A DNA stretch of 64,000 nt from Erysipelotrichaceae bacterium (GCA_015059065.1 SVBE01000001.1:14998-78997), one strand, 5' to 3'; counted from the first letter of the stretch, positions 32,887 to 43,979 are shown. Made by a program: numbers and translations. Notes: generated by a model not told the origin, from the letters alone.

Positions 32887-34266
32887 ATGAAAACTGAAGT
32901 CAAATATGTAAAATTAACAAAAAAGTATGAAAAGACTTTGATGGAAAGCTTAAAAGATTTTGTGGCCATTGATTCAAAATATGATGAGGCAACTGTAAGC
33001 AAGACTGATCCGTTTGGAAAAGGTGTTACTAAAGCTCTCAAATATTTCGAAGAACTCGCTAAAAAAGATGGTTTTAAAGTCACTAACTATGATAACAAAG
33101 TCGTGGAAGCAATTGTGGGTGAGGGTGAGAAGAATATTACTATCTTAGCACACGCTGATATTGTTCCAGAAGGAACTGGATGGTCACAAAACCCATTTGA
33201 AGTTGTGGAAAAGAAAGGCGTCGTTTATGGTCGTGGAGTCGCCGATGACAAAGGACCATTGCTCTCATGCTATTACGGCTTATTAGCCTTGAAGGAGAAT
33301 AACCTTTTAGGCAAATACCGCGTGAGATTCTTAGTAGGCGGAAACGAAGAAAGCGGTTCTGCTTGTATGGAACATTATTTCCATACTTTGAAGAAAGAAG
33401 AACCAACATATGGTTTTTCTCCTGATAGTAATTTCCCAGTTGTTTTTGCTGAGAAGGGCATCATGAATTTTGAAGTGAAAAAGAAGGTTAATATTCCTGG
33501 ATTGATTTCCCTTAAAGGTGGTACAGCTCCTAACTCAGTAATCGAACTTGCTACTATGCAGATTGAAATCAACGATGATATCGTTCCATTCTTGGTTAAG
33601 AATTATCCAGATGTGGAAATCTATACTAGGGATGATGTTGTTAATGTAACTTTCCACGGGAAGGCCGCTCATGGTTCGATGCCACAACTCGGAGTTAACG
33701 CAGGTATGAAAGCCATTAAATGTTTAGCGGATTATACCCAAAATAAAGATCTATTAAAGATTGTGGAATGCTATTCCGATGTCTATGGAAAAGGCTGTAA
33801 AGCAAATGGATATTCACATGATATGGGTCAAAACTCTCTTAACGTTGGCTTATTAGATTACAAAGATGGAGAAATATCACTCATTGTCAACTTCCGTTTC
33901 GTGGAAACATGTAACGTCGCTGATTTAAAGAGCAATATAACAACTGCGTCTCGTCCATTAACGGTGAAATTTTCAGAAGCAATGCCAATTCTTTATTTCA
34001 AAAAAGATAGTCCTCTTATTAAAACTTTGGTCAACGCTTATCGTGCGGAGACAGGGGATTATGAAAATGAACCTCTTGCTATCGGTGGTGGCACATACGC
34101 AAAAGAAACAACTAACACAGTGGCGTTTGGTTTAGAATACCCAGGTTGGGATTCAAAAATGCACTCTGTGGGTGAACAGATTAAAGTTGAAGCCCTTAAT
34201 CAAGGCATGGCAATTTATGCAAGGGCAATTCATTATTTAGGACAATTAATAGAAAATGAGAACTAA
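32887..34266 (+). CDS. pepV: M20-family dipeptidase (PepV-like)
   Basis: LAHADIVPEG, GRGVADDKGP, GGNEESGS. Start chosen at ATG 32887 behind SD GAGGAG. Confidence 0.85.
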   Translation: MKTEVKYVKLTKKYEKTLMESLKDFVAIDSKYDEATVSKTDPFGKGVTKALKYFEELAKKDGFKVTNYDNKVVEAIVGEGEKNITILAHADIVPEGTGWSQNPFEVVEKKGVVYGRGVADDKGPLLSCYYGLLALKENNLLGKYRVRFLVGGNEESGSACMEHYFHTLKKEEPTYGFSPDSNFPVVFAEKGIMNFEVKKKVNIPGLISLKGGTAPNSVIELATMQIEINDDIVPFLVKNYPDVEIYTRDDVVNVTFHGKAAHGSMPQLGVNAGMKAIKCLADYTQNKDLLKIVECYSDVYGKGCKANGYSHDMGQNSLNVGLLDYKDGEISLIVNFRFVETCNVADLKSNITTASRPLTVKFSEAMPILYFKKDSPLIKTLVNAYRAETGDYENEPLAIGGGTYAKETTNTVAFGLEYPGWDSKMHSVGEQIKVEALNQGMAIYARAIHYLGQLIENEN

Positions 34267-34864
34267 ATTTAAAGCTTGGGCCGAACCTTATATCAATGAA
34301 CATCAAGACATTTGTGTTGATGCTTTTGCTTTGCAAAATATCGATAACTTATATTTAGAAATTGGTTCTGGTAAGGGCTTATATTTAGTGACTATGGCAA
34401 ACAAATTCCCTGAAAGAAATTATGTCGGCGTGGAAAGAAACGTGACCTGTGCTGGCTATCTTGCTAAAAAGATTGTTGAAGGGGAAGTGAAAAACGCAAA
34501 GCTTTGTTTTATGGATGCCGAAAAACTTTTGGGAGAATTAAAAGAGAATTCTTTAAAGCATGTCTTCCTTAATTTTTCTGATCCATGGCCAAAGAAAAGA
34601 CATAATAAACGTCGTTTAACTTCAGAAAGGTTTATCCCTTTATATCAAAAGGTGATGGCGAAAGGTGGAGAGATTATCTTAAAAACCGACAACAAAGAAT
34701 TATTTGATTTTTCAAAAGAAAATTTTCTTGCAAACGGTTTTTCTTTGATGTTTGAAGATCTCGACTACCAGCTTGATGAAAATAACGATGCTTTAACAGA
34801 ATATGAAATTGATTTCCGAAAAGAAAACGAGCCAATTTATCGTTTAGGGGTGAGATATGAATAA
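34256..34864 (+). CDS. trmB: tRNA (guanine46-N7)-methyltransferase
   Basis: 202 aa. LEIGSGKG, NFSDPWPKKRHNKRRL. Confidence 0.9.
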   Translation: MRTKFKAWAEPYINEHQDICVDAFALQNIDNLYLEIGSGKGLYLVTMANKFPERNYVGVERNVTCAGYLAKKIVEGEVKNAKLCFMDAEKLLGELKENSLKHVFLNFSDPWPKKRHNKRRLTSERFIPLYQKVMAKGGEIILKTDNKELFDFSKENFLANGFSLMFEDLDYQLDENNDALTEYEIDFRKENEPIYRLGVRYE

Positions 34865-35483
34865 ATATTGTCTGTACTATTTCCCTCCAAAAAGCGATCC
34901 TAACTTAGGGGATAGCCTGATTGTATATTTCGGCGGCAATTTACCGACCACACGTAATGAAAAAGGCGAAGGTGTTGATAAATTGTTCAATAAGGATACT
35001 TTAATTGGCTATCTCATTCATAATTTTTCTAGTTATTGCAAAATCCATGTGTCAGGTCCTATTTTCCTTCCTAATGATGAAATAGTGGACTTGCTCAATG
35101 ACATTTTAGTTAACGCTGGACTTAATGCGATTGACTATTACGATCATTCTGGGTTTGTAATTGGAGAAATAATTGATAAAAAACCATTAAAAAAATCCTA
35201 TCTTTATGAGATAGACATCGATAGAAAAATTAATGTTGAATCAACATTTGACCTCGACAAAGGGGAGAAAGTAGTCATCGCCCTTAACGGCACATATTTG
35301 ATGCCAGGGATGATGGTAAATTCATTCGATATTCAAGGAGGGATCAAAAGCGATGGTCGCATCTGTTCTAACCAAGACCTCATCGTTGCCCCTCTAGAGG
35401 AATTCTTCCCGATCATTGTTGAAGGAGATAATAAAAACGGAGATGACTTTTTTAAAGTAGAAAGAAGGGAAAGCGATGCTTGA
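34857..35483 (+). CDS. YtpR-like putative tRNA-binding protein
   Basis: 208 aa. The N-terminal part resembles the DUF4479 region of YtpR, and the C-terminal part is an OB/tRNA-binding-like fold (GGIKSDGRICSNQDL). Follows trmB. Confidence 0.4.
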   Translation: MNKYCLYYFPPKSDPNLGDSLIVYFGGNLPTTRNEKGEGVDKLFNKDTLIGYLIHNFSSYCKIHVSGPIFLPNDEIVDLLNDILVNAGLNAIDYYDHSGFVIGEIIDKKPLKKSYLYEIDIDRKINVESTFDLDKGEKVVIALNGTYLMPGMMVNSFDIQGGIKSDGRICSNQDLIVAPLEEFFPIIVEGDNKNGDDFFKVERRESDA

Positions 35484-36582
35484 GATTAAATTAAAAGAAG
35501 AAGGAAAGATTAAACGATTAACAAATCGCACTTTTAAATTTGACGAAAGAATGAAAGATGGATTCTATTCTGCCTGCTATTTTTTAAAAAGTCGTAAGAT
35601 TGTTAGAGAAAACGAACCAAACCATATCGTCACTATGCAGTGGTTTCAAAGAACTAAAGGCGCGATGCTTTGTGGAATCGATGAAGCGATTGCAATTTTA
35701 CATACATTTGCCGACAATCCTCAGGATTTATTAATTGAGGCATTAAATGATGGCGATCTTATTGAAGCAAATGAACCAGTTCTAAAAGTTACTGGAAAAT
35801 ATGAAGATTTTGGTTTTTTAGAAAGCGTTATTGATGGAGTTTTAGCTAGACGTACTTCGGTTGCTACAAACGTAAAAAGAGTTCTTGATGTTGCTGGCGA
35901 TACACCTGTGTTTTCTATGGCAGATCGTCAAGATGATTATTTGACTCAAGTCGGTGATGGATACGCAACATATGTTGCGGGTATCAATAGAATTTCCACT
36001 GATGCCCAAGGATTGTGGTGGGGTGGTAAAGGCATGGGAACAATGCCACATGCTTTAATTCAAATTTGTGGTGGTGACTTATGTCGTGCTGCTGATATTT
36101 ATCGCCAGTCATATCCAAATGAAAAAATTACTGCCTTAGTGGATTATCATAATAACGTCACCGTTGATGCATTGAAGTTAGCGAGACATTTAAAAGAGAA
36201 TTTAAAAGCTGTTAGGGTTGATACATCGATGAGCTTAATCGATCATTATTTCGATGATAAAGACACATCAGGGTTTGATCCACACGGGGTTTGTAAAGAG
36301 CTTATCTTTGCTTTAAGGAAAGCTTTAGATGACGAAGGGTTTACTTATGTAAACATTGTTGTCAGTTCCGGATTTGGTGCGGATAAGATTAAACAGTGGA
36401 AAAAGGATAATGTTCCTGTGGACCTATATGGCGTCGGAACATCATTCGTTAATAATATGACATGTGGTTTCACAGGTGACCTAGTGGTGTTAGATGGAAG
36501 AAACGAAGCGAAAGAGGGTAGAAGCAATTACCCTACTAATAGATTACAAAAAGTAGATTACTCGATATGCAAGGAGGTTTAA
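35476..36582 (+). CDS. pncB: nicotinate phosphoribosyltransferase-family protein
   Basis: 368 aa. GTMPHALIQ and VRVDTS are type II PRTase barrel motifs. Confidence 0.7.
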   Translation: MLEIKLKEEGKIKRLTNRTFKFDERMKDGFYSACYFLKSRKIVRENEPNHIVTMQWFQRTKGAMLCGIDEAIAILHTFADNPQDLLIEALNDGDLIEANEPVLKVTGKYEDFGFLESVIDGVLARRTSVATNVKRVLDVAGDTPVFSMADRQDDYLTQVGDGYATYVAGINRISTDAQGLWWGGKGMGTMPHALIQICGGDLCRAADIYRQSYPNEKITALVDYHNNVTVDALKLARHLKENLKAVRVDTSMSLIDHYFDDKDTSGFDPHGVCKELIFALRKALDDEGFTYVNIVVSSGFGADKIKQWKKDNVPVDLYGVGTSFVNNMTCGFTGDLVVLDGRNEAKEGRSNYPTNRLQKVDYSICKEV

Positions 36583-36586
36583 TAAA

Positions 36587-37837
36587 ATGAATATCGTAGA
36601 AGAATTAAAATATCGTGGATTAATTAAAGATTATTCAAATCAGGAAGCTGTTGAAAAGCTATTAAGCAGTCCAACAACAATATATTGTGGATTTGATCCA
36701 AGCGCTTCATCTTTGCATATGGGTAATTTCGTGATGATTTCCCTTTTGATGCGTTTACAAAGAGCGGGACATCGCATTATCGCCGTCGTGGGTGGTGCGA
36801 CTGGTATGATTGGTGATCCAAGTGGTAAAAGTGCAGAGAGAAATCTTCAAACAAAAGAAACACTTGCCGAAAACACTCGCAAAATTAAAGAACAACTTGA
36901 GAGATTTATTGATTTAAGCGATCCGAAAAAAGGTATCATTTTAAACAATTATGAATGGCTTGGTACATTAAATATCCTTGATTTATTAAGAGATTATGGC
37001 AAACATTTCTCAATTAACTACTTGTTAGCAAAAGATATCATCGCCAATCGTTTGGAAAGTGGTTTATCTTTCACTGAATTCACATACAATATCCTTCAAG
37101 CAATTGACTTCTTACATTTATATCGTTCTGAAGGATGTCGCATGCAAGTTGGTGGTAGTGATCAATGGGGCAACCTCACTAGTGGTCTTGAACTCATTAG
37201 AAAAGCTGAAGGTTCTGAAGCAGAAGCAGAAGCGATGACTTGCCACTTATTGCTTAGAAGCGATGGTAAGAAATTCGGTAAGAGTGAAAAAGGAGCTTTG
37301 TTCCTCAATCCTGAACTCACTAGCCCATATCAACTATATCAATATTTCTATAATGTCACTGATGCTGATGCGGTTAAATACTTGAAAGTATTAACCTTCT
37401 TATCCCCAGAAGAAATTAATATAATTGAATTAGATCATATCGCAAATCCAGGCGCGAGAGTTGGGCAAAAAGAATTAGCTTATGCAGTTACTAGCACCAT
37501 TCATGGAAAAGATAAGGCTGATGAAGCGAAAATGATGAGCGAAGTTTTATTTAAAGGTGATATTTCATCTTTGAACAAGAAACAAATTGAAGAAGTGTTT
37601 GGAGATTTAACTGTGGAAGTGGAAGGCGACTTAATGTTAGAAGACCTTCTCATCAAAGTTGGAGCAGCATCAAGTAAAAGAGAAGCTCGTGAATTTGCAC
37701 GTGGCAATTCTGTATTAGTGAACGGAAATAAAGAAACTGATCCAAACAAAATCATTGCAAAAAAGGATTCTTTATTTGAAACATATACTGTTTTAAGAAG
37801 AGGTAAGAAGAACTATTATCTTGTCAAACACCTATAA
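36587..37837 (+). CDS. tyrS: tyrosyl-tRNA synthetase
   Basis: 416 aa. YCGFDPSASSLHMGN (HIGH), KFGKS (KMSKS), and a C-terminal S4-like domain. Confidence 0.95.
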   Translation: MNIVEELKYRGLIKDYSNQEAVEKLLSSPTTIYCGFDPSASSLHMGNFVMISLLMRLQRAGHRIIAVVGGATGMIGDPSGKSAERNLQTKETLAENTRKIKEQLERFIDLSDPKKGIILNNYEWLGTLNILDLLRDYGKHFSINYLLAKDIIANRLESGLSFTEFTYNILQAIDFLHLYRSEGCRMQVGGSDQWGNLTSGLELIRKAEGSEAEAEAMTCHLLLRSDGKKFGKSEKGALFLNPELTSPYQLYQYFYNVTDADAVKYLKVLTFLSPEEINIIELDHIANPGARVGQKELAYAVTSTIHGKDKADEAKMMSEVLFKGDISSLNKKQIEEVFGDLTVEVEGDLMLEDLLIKVGAASSKREAREFARGNSVLVNGNKETDPNKIIAKKDSLFETYTVLRRGKKNYYLVKHL

Positions 37838-37846
37838 AATAATTAG

Positions 37847-37913
37847 TTTTTGCATAAAATAATTTAATTTTGCATATTTTTTACAAAATTCTTTTTGCAT
37901 TCGCGTGTGCATA
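37847..37913 (+). promoter_or_regulatory. four direct copies of a T-rich TGCAT motif upstream of the P/E-rich membrane protein gene
   Basis: TTTTTGCATA 37847-37856, TTTTGCATA 37868-37876, TTTTTGCAT 37892-37900, GTGCATA 37907-37913, followed by TAGAAT/TATAAT at 37912-37922. Confidence 0.35.
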
Positions 37914-37949
37914 GAATATAATGAAATTACTATATAAGGAGACTTTTGT

Positions 37950-39569
37950 ATGGAAAGTAAATTCAAAAAGCCCGCAATCGTGTTTTTAGTTTTAAATACG
38001 ATTTTTCTTCTTGCGTGGGTGGCAGTCCTTGTTGTTTTTGGTTTAACATCAGGCCTTTATGCTAACTTTGTGCAAGATTTCTTAATGGGGGCTCATGTAA
38101 ACCCAATACTCAATGTGTTTACTAAACACAATTTTGCAAACTGGAAGATTTATGTTCTTATTGCCATCGCTGCAATTGGTGTGATCATGCTCATTGTTGG
38201 TATCGTCTTATCAATTACTAGAAAGCGCAAGAGATACATTTTCTATATCCTTTCTTTCTTATTATCTATTGCTGCTGCAATCGATTTCTTTGCTAACGCA
38301 GGCATTTATTACAGAGCTATTTTTAATCAAACTTTTGCCGGCAAACATTTAGCAGGTCTCGGTATCTTCTACATGGTGGCGATTGTTGCTTCTGCAGCCA
38401 TTGCTTATGGCTCGCACTTCTTAGTTTATTTCTTAGGCTTAGCCCACGCTAAAGCGTTAAGAAAAGCTGCTGAAGAAGAAGCTGCTCCAGTCGAAGAACA
38501 ACCAGCCCAAATTGAAGAACAACCAGAAGAGAATAACGAAGCACCTCTTGAAGATGAAGGTGAAGACTTCGCCTTAGCGGCTGTTAATAATGAAGCTCAA
38601 GCTGTCGAAGAAGTTAAGGAAGAAGAACAACCAGAAGAACAACCATTAGCTGACTTCGCTGTTGAACCAGAAGAACTTCCAGCTCAACCAGAAGAAGTTG
38701 TTGTTGAAGAAGTTCCACAAGAAACAGATCCTGAAAAGACACCTGTCACAAGACAAGATTTAGCTTCTATCTTGAAAGATGTCGTTAGAGATATCGTCAG
38801 AGACGAAATCGCTCGTGCTAACGCTGATAAAGAAGAAGAAAAGAAAGAAGAAAGACCACAATTCAATGGCAATGGTGGATTCCCATCAGTCACTGGTGCG
38901 ACATTCGGCGGACCATTAGTGGTTCAATATTTTAACGGTGGTATTAATGGACCAGCTGAACCTGCTGTTGCTCCAGCACCTGCACCAGCCCCAGCCCCAG
39001 CCCCAAAAGAAGAACCAAAAGAAGAGCCAAAACCAGCTGAAGAACCTCAACCAAAAGAAGAGCCAAAACCAGCTGAAGAACCAGCACCTCAAGCTGTGGA
39101 ACCTGTTTCAGGACCAGTTGTGGAAGAAAAACCAAAGAATCAAATCATTAGAATTCCATTCACTGAAAGACTTCTCGGTTCAGAACAAGATGTCAAGGAC
39201 ATCTATAATGAATTAAAGAATGAACTTCTTTCCTGGGGTCTCCATTCTAGAGTGAGCAATAGCGGTGATGCCTTCCGTCTCCATACAAAGACATACTGTA
39301 AAGTAACTGTTGCTGGTAAGAGCATCAAATTATATTTAGCCCTTGATCCAGCTGATTATGCAGATTCTACTCTTCCAATTCAAGATGCGTCTGAAAAAGG
39401 CTTATATGTCGATATTCCACTTGTCTTCAAAGTCAAGAGCGGCTTATCCATTAGAAGAGCTAAACAGCTCATCAAAGATGCTTGTGAAAAGGATGGCTTA
39501 ACTCAAGAAGAAGTTGGCACTGTCAACTGGGTTAAAGAATTACAAGCTGAACAAAAAGCCAAAAAATAA
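37950..39569 (+). CDS. modular membrane protein: N-terminal multi-TM domain, acidic Pro/Glu-rich repetitive linker, C-terminal globular domain
   Basis: 539 aa. About 5 TM segments in residues 1-170, then EEQP/PEE and PAPAPAPAP/KEEPKPAEEP repeats, then a ~150-aa non-repetitive C-terminal domain. Confidence 0.7.
   Translation: MESKFKKPAIVFLVLNTIFLLAWVAVLVVFGLTSGLYANFVQDFLMGAHVNPILNVFTKHNFANWKIYVLIAIAAIGVIMLIVGIVLSITRKRKRYIFYILSFLLSIAAAIDFFANAGIYYRAIFNQTFAGKHLAGLGIFYMVAIVASAAIAYGSHFLVYFLGLAHAKALRKAAEEEAAPVEEQPAQIEEQPEENNEAPLEDEGEDFALAAVNNEAQAVEEVKEEEQPEEQPLADFAVEPEELPAQPEEVVVEEVPQETDPEKTPVTRQDLASILKDVVRDIVRDEIARANADKEEEKKEERPQFNGNGGFPSVTGATFGGPLVVQYFNGGINGPAEPAVAPAPAPAPAPAPKEEPKEEPKPAEEPQPKEEPKPAEEPAPQAVEPVSGPVVEEKPKNQIIRIPFTERLLGSEQDVKDIYNELKNELLSWGLHSRVSNSGDAFRLHTKTYCKVTVAGKSIKLYLALDPADYADSTLPIQDASEKGLYVDIPLVFKVKSGLSIRRAKQLIKDACEKDGLTQEEVGTVNWVKELQAEQKAKK
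39015..39082 (+). repeat. in-frame tandem repeat: 32-nt perfect copy with a 36-nt period
   Basis: CCAAAAGAAGAGCCAAAACCAGCTGAAGAACC occurs at 39015-39046 and again at 39051-39082 (PKEEPKPAEEP x2). It is preceded by a (CCAGCC)n PAPAPAPAP tract at ~38977-39004. Confidence 0.9.
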
Positions 39570-39590
39570 TCCATTTTGAAAACAAAACGA

Positions 39591-39618
39591 AAAGGTATGT
39601 TCTTTCATACCTTTTTTG
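39591..39618 (+). terminator. intrinsic terminator
   Basis: AAAGGTATG-TTCTTT-CATACCTTT followed by TTTT. Confidence 0.75.
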
Positions 39619-39645
39619 TTTATGTTAATATTTATATTGCTGAAT

Positions 39646-40662
39646 ATGCCTGATTATCTATCGTGGATCTTAATCTCATTGTGCCTTCTTGGGCACTTCT
39701 TCTTTTCTGCGTCTGAAACAGCATTAGCATCGTGCAATCGTTTTCGTATGAATGTACTAGCTGAAGAAGGCAGCAAATCAGCGAAACTAGTGATTAAAGT
39801 GGTGGAGAAGTTCGATCGCGCTTTGACCACAATATTAATCGGTAACAATATCTTTGCTGTTGGCATTTCTACAATTGCCACGCTTCTATTTTATAACTAT
39901 CTTGCAGGGACAGATTTAGTGCAATATGTCTCTATCATATCTTCAATCATTTTCACTTTTGTTGTTTATATCTTTGCCGATACTCTTCCAAAGACAATCG
40001 CTAAAGCGATACCTGATACGTTATCTCTTATTTTCATTTATCCGATTTACTTTTTTACTATCATCTTGTTTCCTATTACTATCGTTTTTGAATGGCTGAT
40101 GAAATTAATCGAAAAGATGTTCAGGGTCGATGATGATCAAACTTTTACCCAAGAAGATTTTGAAAATGTGGTCGACAAAATTGAAGAAGAGGGAATGATT
40201 GAAGAAGAGAACAGTGAGATTATTCGTTCTGCGTTTGATTTTATCGATACCCCTTTAAAAGATGTCATTACGTATAAAGATAAGATGTATGCTTTAAATA
40301 TCGATGATCTCGATTCTGATAAATTGATCACCATTATAAAAGAAACAACTTATTCAAGAATCCCGATTTATCAAGGTGATGATAATAATTTTATTGGTAT
40401 TTTACATGTAAAATCGTTCGTGGAAACTTATTTAGAAGACCCACATTTACCTATTGAAAAATACCTGCAAAAACCATTTTTCGTTCCAAGTAACATCGAC
40501 TTAGTCGAATTGCTTGATGGCTTTAAAAAGTCATACACACATCTTGCTTTAGTTAAAAAAGAAGACCAAGTGATTGGCATGGTTACTTTAGAGGATGTTT
40601 TAGAAGTGCTTGTTGAAGATATCAGTGAGCCAAACCGCATTAAAAGGAGTGCGAGATTATGA
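39646..40662 (+). CDS. CNNM/TlyC-family transporter (DUF21 + CBS pair), short form
   Basis: FFFSASETALAS opens the DUF21 domain, followed by a CBS pair. No CorC_HlyC tail. Start is uncertain (ATG 39646 or TTG 39616, which would lie inside the terminator). Confidence 0.82.
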   Translation: MPDYLSWILISLCLLGHFFFSASETALASCNRFRMNVLAEEGSKSAKLVIKVVEKFDRALTTILIGNNIFAVGISTIATLLFYNYLAGTDLVQYVSIISSIIFTFVVYIFADTLPKTIAKAIPDTLSLIFIYPIYFFTIILFPITIVFEWLMKLIEKMFRVDDDQTFTQEDFENVVDKIEEEGMIEEENSEIIRSAFDFIDTPLKDVITYKDKMYALNIDDLDSDKLITIIKETTYSRIPIYQGDDNNFIGILHVKSFVETYLEDPHLPIEKYLQKPFFVPSNIDLVELLDGFKKSYTHLALVKKEDQVIGMVTLEDVLEVLVEDISEPNRIKRSARL

Positions 40663-41909
40663 GTTGGGAATATTGGCTCATTTTAGCTGTTTTACTCCTC
40701 ATGAGTGCCTTTTTCTCTGCGGCTGATATGGCCTACGGTTCAGTGGATAGAAATCGGTTGGTGAAAAAAGCTGAAACTAGCAAATTAGCCGCTATCGCAT
40801 TAAAGCTTGTAGATAGATATGAATTTTCAATATCTTCTATTCTTTTTGGTAACAATTTAGTGAATATCCTTGCTTCATCTATTATCACTATTGTGGGTAC
40901 TAGTGCATATGGGGATATGGGGGCTTCAATTGGAGCTATCATCTTCACTGTTATCTTGATCATTTTTGCAGAATTTTTACCTAAGGCAATTGCAAAAAGA
41001 TTTAATTATACCCTATCGTTAGCTTTCGCTTATCCGGTGTTTTTCTTCTCGGCTTTATTCTTTGTCTTTGTCTGGCCTATTTCTAAAATGTTCCAATTGA
41101 TTGGAAAATTGTTTACTAAAAAGGCTAAAGAAGAGGAGGAAATCGGTGAAGAAGAATTAGATGAGATGATCGATGAAATTGAAGAGAGTGGCGAACTTGA
41201 AAAAGACGAAGCTGAACTTGTCCGTGGTGCGGTTGATCTCATCGATATAGAGGCTTATGAAATCATGACACCGCGTGTTGATGTGTTCGCGGTTGATGTC
41301 GATGAGAACATTAAAGAAAAATATGAAATATCGGAATTATTAAAACATTCAAGAATACCTGTTTATGAAAACACGATCGACAATATCATCGGCATTATTC
41401 CAGTAAAAACGTTAGCAAGGCTTCTTCTTAGTGGCGGTGAAATAGATGTTCGTTCTTTGTTATATAGGCCACTTTACATCCCACGTAATTATCAAATCGT
41501 GAAACTTCTCGACGATTTTAGAAAAGACAGAATACATATCGCTATCGTTAAGGATGAATATGGTGGCACAGATGGAATTGTCACAATGGAAGACATTATC
41601 GAAGAAATAGTGGGCGATATTTTTGACGAGACTGATGAAGTGGTGGAAGAGGTCAAAAAAGTGAGGAAAGGCATCTATCTCATCAGCGGAATGATGAATA
41701 TTGATGACTTCTTTGAACTTATTGATTATCACGATGATTTCGACACAAATTATTCAACAGTTGGTGGATTGTGCCAGGAATTCTTCGAAGATTTTCCTAA
41801 TGTTGGCGACTCTTTCCATATTGGAAATTATAAAATTACTATCACAAAAGCAGACCGATATAGTGTTATTCAGGTCAAAGCGTGTCGCGTATATAAAAAG
41901 ACTAATTAA
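40659..41909 (+). CDS. CNNM/TlyC-family transporter (DUF21 + CBS pair + CorC_HlyC)
   Basis: 416 aa. FFSAADMAYGS, CBS pair, and a C-terminal transporter-associated domain. ATGA overlap with the upstream paralog. Confidence 0.88.
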   Translation: MSWEYWLILAVLLLMSAFFSAADMAYGSVDRNRLVKKAETSKLAAIALKLVDRYEFSISSILFGNNLVNILASSIITIVGTSAYGDMGASIGAIIFTVILIIFAEFLPKAIAKRFNYTLSLAFAYPVFFFSALFFVFVWPISKMFQLIGKLFTKKAKEEEEIGEEELDEMIDEIEESGELEKDEAELVRGAVDLIDIEAYEIMTPRVDVFAVDVDENIKEKYEISELLKHSRIPVYENTIDNIIGIIPVKTLARLLLSGGEIDVRSLLYRPLYIPRNYQIVKLLDDFRKDRIHIAIVKDEYGGTDGIVTMEDIIEEIVGDIFDETDEVVEEVKKVRKGIYLISGMMNIDDFFELIDYHDDFDTNYSTVGGLCQEFFEDFPNVGDSFHIGNYKITITKADRYSVIQVKACRVYKKTN

Positions 41910-42454
41910 TTAGCCTCTCTTTGATCTAGTATTTTACGATACTTATTGAAAATGTATTTAGTTACTTCGTCTTGGTTATAATTTTGACTATCGACAATTA
42001 CGTCGACTTCAGGGATGTTGTCTTTACCAAACCTAACCTTGTCTTCGATTAACCTTTGTTCAACATTTTCAGGCAAATCTCCGCGCATAAGCATTCTTTC
42101 TCTTCTCACTTTTTCGCAGACATCGAGATAGAAAACAATAATATGTGGGTCGTTTAACGCGATATAGGCGCGCATTCCATTTGGTTCAATCGCGATTACC
42201 TTGTTATCGGCAATTTCACTTTTTAGGGATCCATAGAGGTTTCCGTTATATTCTGTATATTCAACAAATAAACCTTCATTAATCATTTCTTTAAATCTTT
42301 CTTTGCTAACGAAATAATAGTCGACTCCATCGACTTCGCCTTTTCGCATAGGGCGCGTGGTCGTAGTTATCACGCGCTTAATGCCGTATTCATTCATTAA
42401 AAGTTTGGCTACTTCGGTTTTCCCGCTTGCGCTTGGACCGCTTAATACAATCAT
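41906..42454 (-). CDS. guanylate kinase paralog
   Basis: 182 aa. LSGPSASGKTEV, TTRPMRKGEVDGVDYYFVS, YNGNLYG. Confidence 0.85.
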   Translation of the reverse strand: MIVLSGPSASGKTEVAKLLMNEYGIKRVITTTTRPMRKGEVDGVDYYFVSKERFKEMINEGLFVEYTEYNGNLYGSLKSEIADNKVIAIEPNGMRAYIALNDPHIIVFYLDVCEKVRRERMLMRGDLPENVEQRLIEDKVRFGKDNIPEVDVIVDSQNYNQDEVTKYIFNKYRKILDQREAN

Positions 42455-42577
42455 AGTTTTTAACCTTTTTAAAATTATAAACCTGTTTTTTCTTTTGAGA
42501 CAATAGTATATCGAAACGAGAATAGTTTTCTTAAAAAATTAAGAAAGTATGTAAATAGTTTCTTTTTTTATTTATAA

Positions 42578-43909
<1,332 letters not shown>

Positions 43910-43944
43910 TAAAACTGAAAAAAATTAAAAAAAATTAAAAATTT

Positions 43945-43973
43945 AGCCTATCTATTTAGATAGGCTTTTTTTT
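43945..43973 (+). terminator. intrinsic terminator of eno
   Basis: AGCCTATCT-ATTT-AGATAGGCT followed by TTTTTTT. Confidence 0.85.
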
Positions 43974-43979
43974 CGCAAA

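Noticed and set aside
36583-36586. T-box or other leader upstream of tyrS, and likewise upstream of leuS
   Set aside because: tyrS follows the preceding gene by 4 nt, and the leuS spacer is only 84 nt. Neither can hold a T-box riboswitch, and no specifier or T-box sequence was seen.
39015-39082. Possible CRISPR-like or minisatellite repeat
   Set aside because: There are only two copies, they are contiguous and in frame within a CDS (PKEEPKPAEEP), and there are no spacers or cas genes. This is a coding tandem duplication.
38938-39216. 92-aa (+) and 63-aa (-) ORFs inside the Pro/Glu-rich repeat region
   Set aside because: These are alternative-frame artefacts of a low-complexity CCA/GAA-rich coding repeat.
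43912-43944. A-rich tandem AAAATTAAAA x2 after eno
   Set aside because: This is a low-complexity A-tract immediately upstream of the eno terminator stem. It most likely just provides the A-run of a bidirectional terminator.
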